A DNA stretch of 64,000 nt from NCBI GenBank assembly GCA_002378195.1, contig DFRJ01000004.1:25073-89072 (forward strand), read 5' to 3'. Below the pieces are notes generated by a model. The model searched no databases and was not told the DNA's origin. It saw only the letters and a list, made by a program, of their open reading frames with translations. Every line of letters begins with the position of its first letter. Within the stretch, counting starts at the first letter, position 1. Below are positions 1-9,650 of the stretch, in pieces. A program made the translations under genes and the position numbers. This DNA comes from Patescibacteria group bacterium UBA3466. GTDB lineage: Bacteria > Patescibacteriota > Minisyncoccia > Phycocordibacterales > UBA918.

Positions 1-1023
1 AAGCCACGCTGAATGTCGGAACGGATTCTCAATAAGGTAATACGATGCCCACGACAACACGAAGGTGAGTGAAAGTGCAACGAGGTAATACGCTAAGGAA
101 TTTAAATATAGGTTGGTGAAATAGAATACTGGCAAATGCCACAGATACAGTGAGTATGAAATCTTTCCGATGTGTAAGAAGTACTTATTTTCTAAGAAAG
201 CAATTATGGCTGTCTTGTTGGTTAGTCCAGCAATAATAATGAGAGAGGTGGCGATAACAGCGAGCAGAGTCTCTATCTGCACCACATTCAAGACCGGCAC
301 GAGTAGCTGAGTTGAGAATAAGAGAATGATTCCAGTGATAATTAAACCTGCTCCATACTTAATGTCTTTAATTTTGAGAGATAAGAAAAACAGCGCACAC
401 CCAACTCCAATCTCCCAAAATCGAGCGGTCGGGAAATAGTAACTTCCCCACATTGAATCAGCGAAAACAACGAAGCTGACGTACGAAAGCACCGATAAGC
501 CAGTAATGACATACAAAAGATATTTGACCTGGTCATTATTATTCTTAAAAAGTCGAAATAATCCCAACATCAAAAGCGGGAATATCAGGTAAAACTGTTC
601 CTCAATTCCCAGCGACCAGGTATGTAGTAACGGGTTGATAAGATCCTGATGAAAATAGTTGTCAGCTTGTTTCAGATAGTAGAAATTTGAAACCGCAAGG
701 ATTGAAGTAACGCTACTCTTAATAAGCAGATTGGTATCCCACAAAAATCCCAGGAAAAAGTAGACGAGGGTTGTAACACTCACCATTGCCACTAGTGCTG
801 GGTATAAACGCTTGAGACGTCGTAAGTAAAAACTGCCAATTTGTACGGTGTTAGTCTTGAGGTAATTCTTGTAAATTGACTGGGAAATAACAAACCCGGA
901 GATCACAAAAAATACATCAACGCCCAAATATCCCCCTTTGAAGATTTCAGGCTCTAGGTGAAACAACATCACCAACACAACCGCAATTGCCCGCAATCCA
1001 TCAATGTAGTGGTGGTATGTCAT
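1..1023 (-). CDS. Acyltransferase family 3 (OafA/OatA-like O-acyltransferase) membrane protein, partial (C-terminus lies before window start)
   Basis: The open frame reaches coordinate 1 with no stop, so it is missing from the ORF track. ATG at 1023 (minus). Multi-TM translation has the Acyl_transf_3 hallmarks IDGLRAIAVVLVMLFH, GVDVFFVISGFVI, RRLKRLYPAL, HTWSLGIEEQFY and SYSLYLWHLPV. Confidence 0.6.
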   Translation of the reverse strand, partial: MTYHHYIDGLRAIAVVLVMLFHLEPEIFKGGYLGVDVFFVISGFVISQSIYKNYLKTNTVQIGSFYLRRLKRLYPALVAMVSVTTLVYFFLGFLWDTNLLIKSSVTSILAVSNFYYLKQADNYFHQDLINPLLHTWSLGIEEQFYLIFPLLMLGLFRLFKNNNDQVKYLLYVITGLSVLSYVSFVVFADSMWGSYYFPTARFWEIGVGCALFFLSLKIKDIKYGAGLIITGIILLFSTQLLVPVLNVVQIETLLAVIATSLIIIAGLTNKTAIIAFLENKYFLHIGKISYSLYLWHLPVFYFTNLYLNSLAYYLVALSLTFVLSWASYYLIENPFRHSAWL

Positions 1024-1091
1024 AAGTACAGGAAATTTAGCACATTACCCAAGAAAAAGCGCCCCGATCTTTCGACCGGAGCGCTTTTACC

Positions 1092-1790
1092 TTAGAGATT
1101 AAGTAATGCTGGTATATCTGCTACTGAATCTACGCTTGGGAAACGTTCCTCGGCCCACGACTCACGATTCTTTTCAGTGATGATACCAATCATTTGTGTA
1201 CCAGCACCTTTGGCTCCATTGTAGTCACTCCCTCCATCGCCGATCATTACAATCTCATCTGCATTGACTTGGTTCTCCTCTGCAATCAAAGTCAACTCCC
1301 CTGCTTTACCATTTGTCATCGGGTAGCCAATAATTTTGGTGAACATTCCGGCCAACTCAGGATACTCTGATTCAAAGTGTCGAATGTTTGCGACAACTGA
1401 CTCTTCTGGGGTGGCTGAAAGTAAATAGACCTGACCAGAAAAACTGTTTCTAATATTAATTAGTGCAGCGAGATCTTCTTCGTGAATACCATGTTCTCTA
1501 ATCGCTTCTTGGGTCATCTCGTCAAACCGCTCTGCAAACTCCTCGACCCGTTTATTGTCTCGACAATCTTCTTGTGGCTCTTCAATGACATGCGCAATAA
1601 TATTGTATCGATCACCTAGGCCGGTAAATTCGTACAGCTCTCTCGCCTCTTGCAATCTATCTAATTGATCTGCAAACAAGCGCTTCCAGGTCTCTATCTT
1701 GATACCGAGCGTTCCTCTTGTGACCGTATCGTCTACATCAAATACAAGGACTTTGATTCTTTCTGGCTGAAACTCTGCGATCGCACTCAT
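1092..1790 (-). CDS. HAD-superfamily phosphatase
   Basis: Motif I FDVDDTV (DxDxT) near the N-terminus and motif IV MIGDGGSD. Size of about 230 aa fits a sugar-phosphate phosphatase. Confidence 0.75.
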   Translation of the reverse strand: MSAIAEFQPERIKVLVFDVDDTVTRGTLGIKIETWKRLFADQLDRLQEARELYEFTGLGDRYNIIAHVIEEPQEDCRDNKRVEEFAERFDEMTQEAIREHGIHEEDLAALINIRNSFSGQVYLLSATPEESVVANIRHFESEYPELAGMFTKIIGYPMTNGKAGELTLIAEENQVNADEIVMIGDGGSDYNGAKGAGTQMIGIITEKNRESWAEERFPSVDSVADIPALLNL

Positions 1791-1802
1791 TTTGACTACT
1801 GA

Positions 1803-2525
1803 TTAAATGAGCTTTTCAACTTGTGAGATGTGTTCTGGTCGGTCGACTTCGATCCAATTTGTGTCATCAATTTGAATTCCTTGCACAACCAGATCATTCA
1901 AGACGAATCGTACCAAGTGACATGTTTCTGCCTGCTCTAATTTAGAAATTTCCATATCTCGGAACTGCAGCAACGGTTCTCGCTTCCAAAGGTATAGGCC
2001 GAGGGTCCGATAACCAGTCTCAAGCGGGTGTCGAGTGAAGGTTAAAAACTTGCCGCTGTTACTGACCACCACCTTCACCACATCTTCATCTTGAATCATT
2101 TCTGGAGTAGCAGCGGCATACGGTTGAACAATATCGATTGCTGGATTCTTTATCATTTCTTCACGCGCTTTCCCTAAAAACTCATCGATGATTTCAGCTT
2201 TTACCAGAGGCTGGTCACCCTGAAGCTCAAAGTAATAAGGCGCATCCATACCTTTAGCTACCTCAGCCGCTCGCACAGAACCATTTTCACAATCTGCAGG
2301 AGTCATCACAACTTCCATACCTTGCTCTTTGCAATAATCGTAAATCTTTTGATCATCTGTAGCCACGATTACAGGATCTGCAAACTTTGAAGCTTTTGCA
2401 TTATCGTAAATCCAATCAATCATTGCCCGACCCTGAATCTGCTGAAGTGGCTTTCCGGGAAATCGAGTGGAGTTGAAACGTGCGGGAATGATGCACGTGA
2501 AGGTTTGAGTTGGTTTTAATGACAT
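1803..2525 (-). CDS. CMP-sugar cytidylyltransferase (KdsB/NeuA CTP_transf_3 family)
   Basis: N-terminal IIPARFNSTRFPGKPL motif typical of CMP-Kdo and CMP-nonulosonate synthetases. Length 240 aa. Confidence 0.8.
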   Translation of the reverse strand: MSLKPTQTFTCIIPARFNSTRFPGKPLQQIQGRAMIDWIYDNAKASKFADPVIVATDDQKIYDYCKEQGMEVVMTPADCENGSVRAAEVAKGMDAPYYFELQGDQPLVKAEIIDEFLGKAREEMIKNPAIDIVQPYAAATPEMIQDEDVVKVVVSNSGKFLTFTRHPLETGYRTLGLYLWKREPLLQFRDMEISKLEQAETCHLVRFVLNDLVVQGIQIDDTNWIEVDRPEHISQVEKLI

Positions 2526-2589
2526 AAATAGTGTAACCTAGTCTACACTAAAACAGTTTTAAAGGTAAATATTTAAATAAAATTTTTAA

Positions 2590-3024
2590 ATGAAATTAAC
2601 TCTAATTGGGAGCGTAAGTGCGGCAGATAAATTTGTCGAAACCTACAATAACTTACGCAAGCTTGGTCACGAACCAACCATTCATGAAGATATGTTTGAA
2701 TACAGCAAAACTTCATGGGAAGAAGTTCACGATAAGTCAGAATTACGTGAACACGCACAAACTAAAATAGATAACGACTACATCAAGTGGTGGCACAAAT
2801 CTATTATGGATAGCGACGGTATCGTTGTCTTAAATTACGACAAAAAAGGTATTAAAAACTATGTCGGAGGTAACACACTTATGGAAATTGGTTTTGCGTA
2901 TGTTGCTGACAAAGAAATCTATCTCATGAACCCAATCCCTGAAGACGTACCATACACTGACGAAATTGAAGCAATGGTTAAGAAAGAAAACATTCTGAAC
3001 GGAGACCTCAACAACATTATCTAG
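2590..3024 (+). CDS. Nucleoside 2-deoxyribosyltransferase-like protein
   Basis: GNTLMEIGFAYVADKEIYLM resembles the catalytic-Glu segment of NDT-family proteins (SGTAFEIGYA..GKPV). Its 3' end overlaps the convergent NUDIX gene. Confidence 0.4.
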   Translation: MKLTLIGSVSAADKFVETYNNLRKLGHEPTIHEDMFEYSKTSWEEVHDKSELREHAQTKIDNDYIKWWHKSIMDSDGIVVLNYDKKGIKNYVGGNTLMEIGFAYVADKEIYLMNPIPEDVPYTDEIEAMVKKENILNGDLNNII

Positions 3025-3494
3025 AGAATTGAATTCGCTTGCAGAATTTCGACCCAAACTGGTTCAAGGCCTGGGTTTTTCTTCCATTCAGATTCTTCAA
3101 TGTTGCCCGCGAGATATTCGGAGGTTCTATCTGCCAGACTCCGTAATGTAGACGGGTCTGCCCAGACCACTTGCTTCGTCTCATCTGCACTTGGGACCAC
3201 TTCCCCTTCAAACCCAGCTTTGAAAACATACCAATGGTGATAATCACCGCCGAGACGGCGACACTTATTTTCGTAGCGCTTCTCATGGATCAGCTCCACT
3301 TCAGTAAGGGTCAGTCCTACCTCCTCTTTTACTTCACCAATCGCACAGGCTTCGGGTGATGAAAAGTCATCAATGTGACCAGCTGGTAACGCAAAGCCAA
3401 AAGGAAATTTTTTGCGCTCAATTAACAATAACCTCCCATTGTCATCAGCAATGACAACACCTACTGAATAATTATCGCAAACCTTAGTCATCAA
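3021..3494 (-). CDS. NUDIX hydrolase
   Basis: Nudix box GEVKEEVGLTLTEVELIHEKRYE (Gx5Ex7REUxEExGU pattern). Confidence 0.75.
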   Translation of the reverse strand: MMTKVCDNYSVGVVIADDNGRLLLIERKKFPFGFALPAGHIDDFSSPEACAIGEVKEEVGLTLTEVELIHEKRYENKCRRLGGDYHHWYVFKAGFEGEVVPSADETKQVVWADPSTLRSLADRTSEYLAGNIEESEWKKNPGLEPVWVEILQANSIL

Positions 3495-4596
3495 TCGAAA
3501 CGGTATCTTTGGTCAGCGGTTGATCAGCCTTGATCGGTTTTTTTACCGTCATCTTCTTATCGAGATCGATCGACGCAAGCTGCCCTTCCTGTAACGGGAT
3601 TGCAAGGAAGTAGTCAGTCCCCAATCCTTCGTCGGTAAACTCGTAACCGGCTTCAAGGTCACGGAGTGCATACGCACCACGGTTTACGCTCTTGATGTAA
3701 CCTGCTTCAATGTCGGTCATAGTTCGAACTGAATCAGCTGCATTACCACACATTGCCTTAGCAACATGATGTGATCGGAACCATTCATCAGCTTCTTCTG
3801 GGACAATACAGTACTTCTGCACTACATGTTCATCAGCTTGAATGTCGATATGACGTTCAAAGCTCACCGCTCCTTTAGCAACAGCGATAATATGAGATCG
3901 CGTAATATCTACGTAGTCATGAGAAGAGAATCCGATTGGGTTATCTGGATAGCGCGCTTTCCAAAAATCAATCTGGTTCATTTGGAGATCTTCGTCGTCA
4001 GACGGGTAGTTTGATACACACTGATTAATCAAAAGGGGTACATTGTTAGCAGCTGCCATCTCAACAATTCGATCTACATGACTGAGGTTTACTGCTCCGG
4101 TTGAAATAGACATAGGCTTACCAAGCTCAACCACTTTCTTTACGAGGTTAATTGAACCAGTGTCAGAACTAGCCAGCTTCATCACATCGACATCCAACTC
4201 GCCACACAGATCTACCGATCGTTCGTCATAGGGAGTCACCATAGTAACCAAGCCTTCATCACGGATCGCGTTCACTAGCTCAGCAAACTCATCGTCGGTC
4301 AGTTTTGTTGCCAGGGTCTTTTTGATATACCGGGTATGTGATCCCGGCGCTTGGTTGTTCTCACCGTCATTCAATTCATTTTCTTTAGGTAAGAAATCTT
4401 TATGAATAAAATTATCAGTATCAAATGCCTGCAGCTTAATAGCAGCTCGCACATTATTCTTTTTTACTACCTCAGCATATTGGCGAATGATTTCCTTTCC
4501 TCGCTCAACACTCCCCCAGTGATTACGAGCAAGTTCTAATACAAATAAATCATCAAAAATGTCAGTTTCTTTCATAGTTGGTAATGTATCATTCAA
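3484..4596 (-). CDS. NeuB-family nonulosonic acid synthase (sialic/pseudaminic/KDN-9-P synthase-like)
   Basis: LELARNHWGS..AIKLQAF matches the NeuB motifs IAEIGxNHNG and AxKFQTF. The 370-aa length is compatible with NeuB plus a C-terminal SAF-like domain. Confidence 0.7.
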   Translation of the reverse strand: MNDTLPTMKETDIFDDLFVLELARNHWGSVERGKEIIRQYAEVVKKNNVRAAIKLQAFDTDNFIHKDFLPKENELNDGENNQAPGSHTRYIKKTLATKLTDDEFAELVNAIRDEGLVTMVTPYDERSVDLCGELDVDVMKLASSDTGSINLVKKVVELGKPMSISTGAVNLSHVDRIVEMAAANNVPLLINQCVSNYPSDDEDLQMNQIDFWKARYPDNPIGFSSHDYVDITRSHIIAVAKGAVSFERHIDIQADEHVVQKYCIVPEEADEWFRSHHVAKAMCGNAADSVRTMTDIEAGYIKSVNRGAYALRDLEAGYEFTDEGLGTDYFLAIPLQEGQLASIDLDKKMTVKKPIKADQPLTKDTVSIDD

Positions 4597-4639
4597 TTAC
4601 TAATGTGTCATACCTATAACAGGGTGTAATTCTCTATTG

Positions 4640-6067
4640 TTACACCTCATTAACTTCAGCAAGTACTTCTTTAAGCAATCTTTCACCTGAATCTCCTTCA
4701 AACGGAGCAACAAATTTTTCGATTGCAGCCAGCCGATTCTTATGATCAATCGTAGGATCCTCTAAGTACTCATTAATATTGGCAATCATTCCAGCAAACG
4801 AAGTTGGAACCTTTGCGCTCCCAGTTTTCATTAGAGCTTCGTAGTGATCAAAACTATCAAACAATCGACCTACTCTCTTCCACTTGGGTAGACTTTTTGA
4901 TTCATCGTCAAAGTTGATGCAAATCACCGGTCGGTCGAAAACCGCACCGTCGATTGCTAACGTAGATGCAACATTGATAAGGACATCACAGTGATAGACC
5001 AAATTGATGAAGAAGTCTTTATCATTAAATGCCGTCCGCTTATCCAAAAACGGTGCATTGAGGGTGGTGTGTTTTAAACTGTCAATGTTGTAGTCACTTA
5101 TCTCAAAAGGAGTACTGGGGTGAGGGCGGAATACGACTTGGACCGGCTCATCAATCTTCCCCTCCTCTATCGCTTGGTCTAATTTTTTAGGTAACACGTC
5201 TTCGCTCCAATAAAAATCAAAACCGCCAAGTAAGATAAGTTTTTTTGTTGGATCCAAATTGTTCTCTCTGAGGAAATCTTCTTTTGGCTTCACAAACTTT
5301 TCTGGGTAGCGATAGTAGTCGTAATGAGGTAAGCCAATAATACTTGTTCGAGTGTTACTAAGATCCATCGACTGAAGCTTTGTTGCGCACTCTTCGAGCC
5401 ATTTATTCTGAAAAATAAACGTATCTGGTACGAATGGCAATAATCCATGAATCGCCATATTATCCCAACTACGAACCATTCCCACCACTCGTACACCTCT
5501 TCGCTTTGCAGTTGCGCCAATAAGGGCATCATATTTAATATCGACCAAAGCCGAAGCAAATACTAAATCCGGTTGATAAGTATCAAAAAGCTCCTCAATC
5601 CATGCGGCAGAGAGTTTGCCGTACACTTTTCGTAACAGATTGTGATACCAAGAGAAATTAGCTACGGTCGAAGCTAGTAGGACCTTAAGCATGGTACTCC
5701 CCCAACTCGCTTGTCTCATTGTGTAGCTTCGCCAGCGGTACAAACGCACACCTTTAGTATTGGTGCCAGTCCTCACTAAAAACAAAACTAGTTTATGCCA
5801 TAAAGAAGTTTGATAGTCAGATACATTTTCAATAACAACATTCTCAGCGCCAAATTTTTCCTCGTATAATTCTCGCTCCCCCGCTTCACCAATCAGTACT
5901 ATTTGATGATCCTTCATCTGGCTGACAAAATTTGGCCAAAATTCTGTTTCGAGAATATTTCGCCGCATAATATTTTTTGAAATAACTACGAAAATAGTTT
6001 TCTTATTTGTCACTTTTGTACCTTGCATAATGTTGTATATAGGAATTGACCTCTCACTAAGTAACAA
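4640..6067 (-). CDS. Putative GT-B fold glycosyl/glycerophosphotransferase (TagF/KpsS-like), uncertain family
   Basis: 475-aa soluble protein with alternating alpha/beta character and a C-terminal Rossmann-like half. No diagnostic motif recognised. Call is by context only (glycan cluster, next to NeuB-like and CMP-transferase genes). Confidence 0.3.
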   Translation of the reverse strand: MLLSERSIPIYNIMQGTKVTNKKTIFVVISKNIMRRNILETEFWPNFVSQMKDHQIVLIGEAGERELYEEKFGAENVVIENVSDYQTSLWHKLVLFLVRTGTNTKGVRLYRWRSYTMRQASWGSTMLKVLLASTVANFSWYHNLLRKVYGKLSAAWIEELFDTYQPDLVFASALVDIKYDALIGATAKRRGVRVVGMVRSWDNMAIHGLLPFVPDTFIFQNKWLEECATKLQSMDLSNTRTSIIGLPHYDYYRYPEKFVKPKEDFLRENNLDPTKKLILLGGFDFYWSEDVLPKKLDQAIEEGKIDEPVQVVFRPHPSTPFEISDYNIDSLKHTTLNAPFLDKRTAFNDKDFFINLVYHCDVLINVASTLAIDGAVFDRPVICINFDDESKSLPKWKRVGRLFDSFDHYEALMKTGSAKVPTSFAGMIANINEYLEDPTIDHKNRLAAIEKFVAPFEGDSGERLLKEVLAEVNEV

Positions 6068-6079
6068 TATAATACTATC

Positions 6080-7000
6080 GTGAAAAAAACTACCAAGAAA
6101 AATATCAGAAAAGCAAAATTTTCGTTGCGGAGAAATGCTTTCCAGGTGTATTCAGACTTAAAGTACTTCAAGCCAGTCTGGCAATTAGTAAACCGTAAAG
6201 CCATCAAATCATTCCAATCAAATCGACCCGTTCTTTCTCCTGCCCAAGAGAGGATTCTCAATCAACTAAACGCCGACGGTATTGCAACCACTTCGCTTGA
6301 AGAACTCTTCCCTAACAAAAACATTCTCCAAGAACTGACAGAATATCTAAAAAAAAGAAGTCACCGCGAGTACCAAAACTTCAAAAAACCTTTTTTGATT
6401 GATTTGATTCCAGAAGTTCCAGAACTTGGAGTCGAAGTACCGTTTTTTAACCTAGCAATTGATAAAACGATCCTTGATATAGTTAATAGCTACCTTGGTT
6501 TACATAGCGTTTTGTACTACTACAATATCCGTAAGACAAAATTATCTGGTGACGCCCTCCCTACTCACTCACAAAACTGGCATCGCGCCCCCCAAGAATC
6601 TAAAAACTGTCGCGTGTACATTTATTTGAGTGACGTAACTGAAGACTCTGGGCCGTTTATGTATGTCCCCCAATCAACGAAAGGTGGTAAGTATGCTCAT
6701 GTCGCAAAGCAAACCTCTCGAACCCGCGGTTATGAATCTGCCGAACAAATTGAAGCTAAGGTAGTCCGGTCAGATATTATGACCGTCACCGGAAAAGCCG
6801 GCACCGTAATTATTTGTGATTCAACTGGGCTTCACCGTGGCGGCTACTCAAATAAGGACACTAGGGTAATGTCGACCTTTGGATACAGTGCTCCATCATT
6901 TAGGGAGAACATTAATTACTCCTACCCCGAAAGCTTAAAAGAAAAAATTGCTTCAACGCCAGCCGTGCAACAGGTACTCAACCCGAAGTGGGAACGTTAA
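6080..7000 (+). CDS. Fe(II)/2-oxoglutarate oxygenase, phytanoyl-CoA dioxygenase (PhyH)-like, paralog 1
   Basis: SQNWHRAPQ (HxD/A facial triad region) and distal GLHRGG histidine. About 35-40% identical to the downstream paralog. Confidence 0.5.
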   Translation: MKKTTKKNIRKAKFSLRRNAFQVYSDLKYFKPVWQLVNRKAIKSFQSNRPVLSPAQERILNQLNADGIATTSLEELFPNKNILQELTEYLKKRSHREYQNFKKPFLIDLIPEVPELGVEVPFFNLAIDKTILDIVNSYLGLHSVLYYYNIRKTKLSGDALPTHSQNWHRAPQESKNCRVYIYLSDVTEDSGPFMYVPQSTKGGKYAHVAKQTSRTRGYESAEQIEAKVVRSDIMTVTGKAGTVIICDSTGLHRGGYSNKDTRVMSTFGYSAPSFRENINYSYPESLKEKIASTPAVQQVLNPKWER

Positions 7001-7027
7001 ATTATTGGATGGTATAATCTGCAAACT

Positions 7028-7933
7028 ATGAGTATCAAAAACACAATTAACAAAAATTTATTCGAAGTAATTGCCAAGGCAAAGTACCCGCTTCCAATCT
7101 GGAAGACACTTAACCATAAGAACGTTGCATTATTTAAGAGCAATACTCCGGAATTAAATGAAGTACAAAATCGCATCCTCAGTGATTTGAAAAACACCGG
7201 TATTGCAACCACGTCTCTTGATGAGCTTTTCCCAAAGGAAAATCTCCTCGAAACTCTCAATGCTTTCGCTGCGAAAAAGGAAGAAACAGGATCAACAAAT
7301 CACAAAAAGAAATTCTTGGTGGACTACTGGGATGAGGTGGTAGAACTTGATATCAACAACCCATTTTTGAAGACAGCGCTTAGCGCCAAAATTATTGATG
7401 TGGTTAATAGCTACATGGAGATGTACACCTCTCTTATGTATTTCACTCTACAAAAGACTATTCCAATTGGTGAAGGTGAACTAACCAACTCACAAAACTG
7501 GCATCGAGATCCGCAAGAAGTGAAGCAGGTAAAAGTTTTTACCTACCTAAATGATATCGATCAAAACTCTGGACCTTTTACTTACGTCCCCCACTCTGCA
7601 CCCACTCACAAGCACGAATACGCCAAATTATTTCCACAGCAACCTCCTCAAGGGTCATATCCTGGTAATGGACAGGTGGAAGAAAAAGTAAAAACTGAAG
7701 ATATAATCCCAATGCTGGGTAAAGCAGGCACCATGATTTTTTGTGACACGAATGGATTACACTACGGGGGTGTCGCAAAAACAAACCCACGAATTATGTC
7801 TACCTTTGGCTACTCAGCTCACACTTACAAAGAGAATAAGATGTATTACTATGATCAAAAATTCCTTGATTCAATTACTGACTTCTCTCCGCAAGCAAAG
7901 CACTCAATCCGACCACAGTGGAAAAATAAATAA
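7028..7933 (+). CDS. Fe(II)/2-oxoglutarate oxygenase, PhyH-like, paralog 2 (tandem duplicate)
   Basis: SQNWHRDPQ (HxD) plus GLHYGG. Collinear similarity with 6080..7000 along the whole length. Confidence 0.5.
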   Translation: MSIKNTINKNLFEVIAKAKYPLPIWKTLNHKNVALFKSNTPELNEVQNRILSDLKNTGIATTSLDELFPKENLLETLNAFAAKKEETGSTNHKKKFLVDYWDEVVELDINNPFLKTALSAKIIDVVNSYMEMYTSLMYFTLQKTIPIGEGELTNSQNWHRDPQEVKQVKVFTYLNDIDQNSGPFTYVPHSAPTHKHEYAKLFPQQPPQGSYPGNGQVEEKVKTEDIIPMLGKAGTMIFCDTNGLHYGGVAKTNPRIMSTFGYSAHTYKENKMYYYDQKFLDSITDFSPQAKHSIRPQWKNK

Positions 7934-7958
7934 GGAAAGCCATGCAATAGCATGGCTT
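7924..7958. terminator. Bidirectional rho-independent terminator between convergent genes
   Basis: Hairpin ggaaagccatgc-aata-gcatggctttcc followed by ttatttt. It sits between the + gene ending at 7933 and the - gene ending at 7962. Confidence 0.55.
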
Positions 7959-7961
7959 TCC

Positions 7962-8729
7962 TTATTTTCTCTTTAGAACAAAGAAAATCGTTTCTACAAA
8001 TAGATTTTTGAATTGATATTCTGGTAACAACAATTTCAATAATGGGTACATTAACTTAATTCGTAAAATAGTTTTGGGTACGTTATAGCGTACATCTATG
8101 ACCTCATAATTTAACTTGTCTCGGCTAGAGTGATAATAAATGAAGTCTTCGGCGTCTTCAGTATTAAAAAACCATTTGTGTCGATCGTGTGGTTTTTCAG
8201 GTGGAATACCATACGATTCCCAACGGCCTCGTCCTTTGATCATTTCGTTTACTGCCTTCTTCCAATTATTTGGCAATGACACTAAGACATATTCACTAGA
8301 CAGTCTAATTATATCTGAAAAACCTTCGTGAAAATTATCTATATGTTCTAATGTGTCATAGCAAATCACTGACTGGTAGCTAGAGTCGGAAGCTGGTACT
8401 GGTGTCTTTTCCCAATCCCAATCAGGCAAATCTTTGTTGTGCTTGTCTACTAATTCTGCCCTAACTCCAGTTAGTCGCTCTAATAGCTCGGAGCTACGAC
8501 TTCCCACATCAATCACTTTACCCTGCAAGTATTCTTTGTGATACTTTGCCAAATGTCGATACCTCTGCTCAGGCCTAGGATCAAACGCATCATAGGTGAC
8601 CTTATCAGTTAGCTTAAATTTATTTTTATATTCATCTATTTTAGCCAGACCTAAATCTGAAAGAGCTACACTGGTATAGTGTTTATTATTGCTAAAACGG
8701 GGCTTCACTCGATTAAATGCGTAACTCAT
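7962..8729 (-). CDS. Class I SAM-dependent methyltransferase
   Basis: Motif I VIDVGSRSSEL and post-I ICYDTLEHI. Confidence 0.55.
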   Translation of the reverse strand: MSYAFNRVKPRFSNNKHYTSVALSDLGLAKIDEYKNKFKLTDKVTYDAFDPRPEQRYRHLAKYHKEYLQGKVIDVGSRSSELLERLTGVRAELVDKHNKDLPDWDWEKTPVPASDSSYQSVICYDTLEHIDNFHEGFSDIIRLSSEYVLVSLPNNWKKAVNEMIKGRGRWESYGIPPEKPHDRHKWFFNTEDAEDFIYYHSSRDKLNYEVIDVRYNVPKTILRIKLMYPLLKLLLPEYQFKNLFVETIFFVLKRK

Positions 8730-8773
8730 AGAAAAAGATATTTTTAGTCACTTACAAATATAACAAAATAAAA

Positions 8774-9616
8774 CTAATTTTTGTAACCATTAACCATAAA
8801 GTAACCATTTGCCTGCACATTAAACTTCTTAATTACAAATCCAGCAGCTTCCAACAAATCCTTTACCTGGCCAAAAGACTCGTCCGGGTGGTGAAATTCC
8901 ATAACTATCCTGTTAATCTTGTCAAAACTAGAACTGTTTGATAATTCTTTAATTACACCAATTTCAGCCCCTTCAATATCTAGCTTGAGTGTCACAGCAC
9001 CATAAGCTTGCAAAAACTCAGACAGTTTCCTTACTTCGACTGTCCGTTTTCGCGTCGGTTCAGCCTTTTCTGGTAATTTACTTGCCCTGTCTGGCACAAT
9101 TGTTGTTGCTCGCCTGGAACCATAAGTATCCATTTTCATGTTAGTTTCACCAATTCCAACCTGATGAGAAATTACATTATCAAGCTTATTAGAGAATAAA
9201 TTTTTCTGGTATAAACCATAAGTGTCTGTGTCCATTTCAAATCCGACAATTTCCACTCGCGGCATCAGCCAGTCAAAGTATATTGTGGCTAAACCAATAT
9301 TGGCCCCCACATCAAAGACAACATCATCATCTCCATTAATAACCTCTTTATACTCTTCGGTTACAAAAATTTCGTAGAAAGTAGCAAACAAGTCAGCTAT
9401 ATTGTCGGTCGACACCTGATACCCTACCACAGAGACATTTATCACCTCCCCTGCATTTTGATAATTTTTATGCAAATAGTGCCTGCGCCTAATTTTAAGA
9501 AGCAAAAAAGTGAAAGCTAGCTGGATTCTTTTATGTAGAGACAGATGCTTCTTATTTAAGATAAAAAACAAATCTTTAAAAACTGGAGTAATCATAAAGC
9601 TTCGGTAGTATAGCAA
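8774..9616 (-). CDS. FkbM-family methyltransferase
   Basis: VVFDVGANIGLATIYF (DVGANxG motif of FkbM-type methyltransferases). Confidence 0.6.
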   Translation of the reverse strand: MLYYRSFMITPVFKDLFFILNKKHLSLHKRIQLAFTFLLLKIRRRHYLHKNYQNAGEVINVSVVGYQVSTDNIADLFATFYEIFVTEEYKEVINGDDDVVFDVGANIGLATIYFDWLMPRVEIVGFEMDTDTYGLYQKNLFSNKLDNVISHQVGIGETNMKMDTYGSRRATTIVPDRASKLPEKAEPTRKRTVEVRKLSEFLQAYGAVTLKLDIEGAEIGVIKELSNSSSFDKINRIVMEFHHPDESFGQVKDLLEAAGFVIKKFNVQANGYFMVNGYKN

Positions 9617-9650
9617 TAATTAATGGATTAATAAAATTCATCAGTTATAA

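Noticed and set aside
342-536. 64-aa minus-strand ORF
   Set aside because: It lies inside, and out of frame with, the long open acyltransferase-3 frame that runs to the window edge. No signals support it.
3017-3286. 89-aa and 62-aa ORFs overlapping the NUDIX gene
   Set aside because: They are alternative frames or strands inside a well-supported NUDIX coding region.
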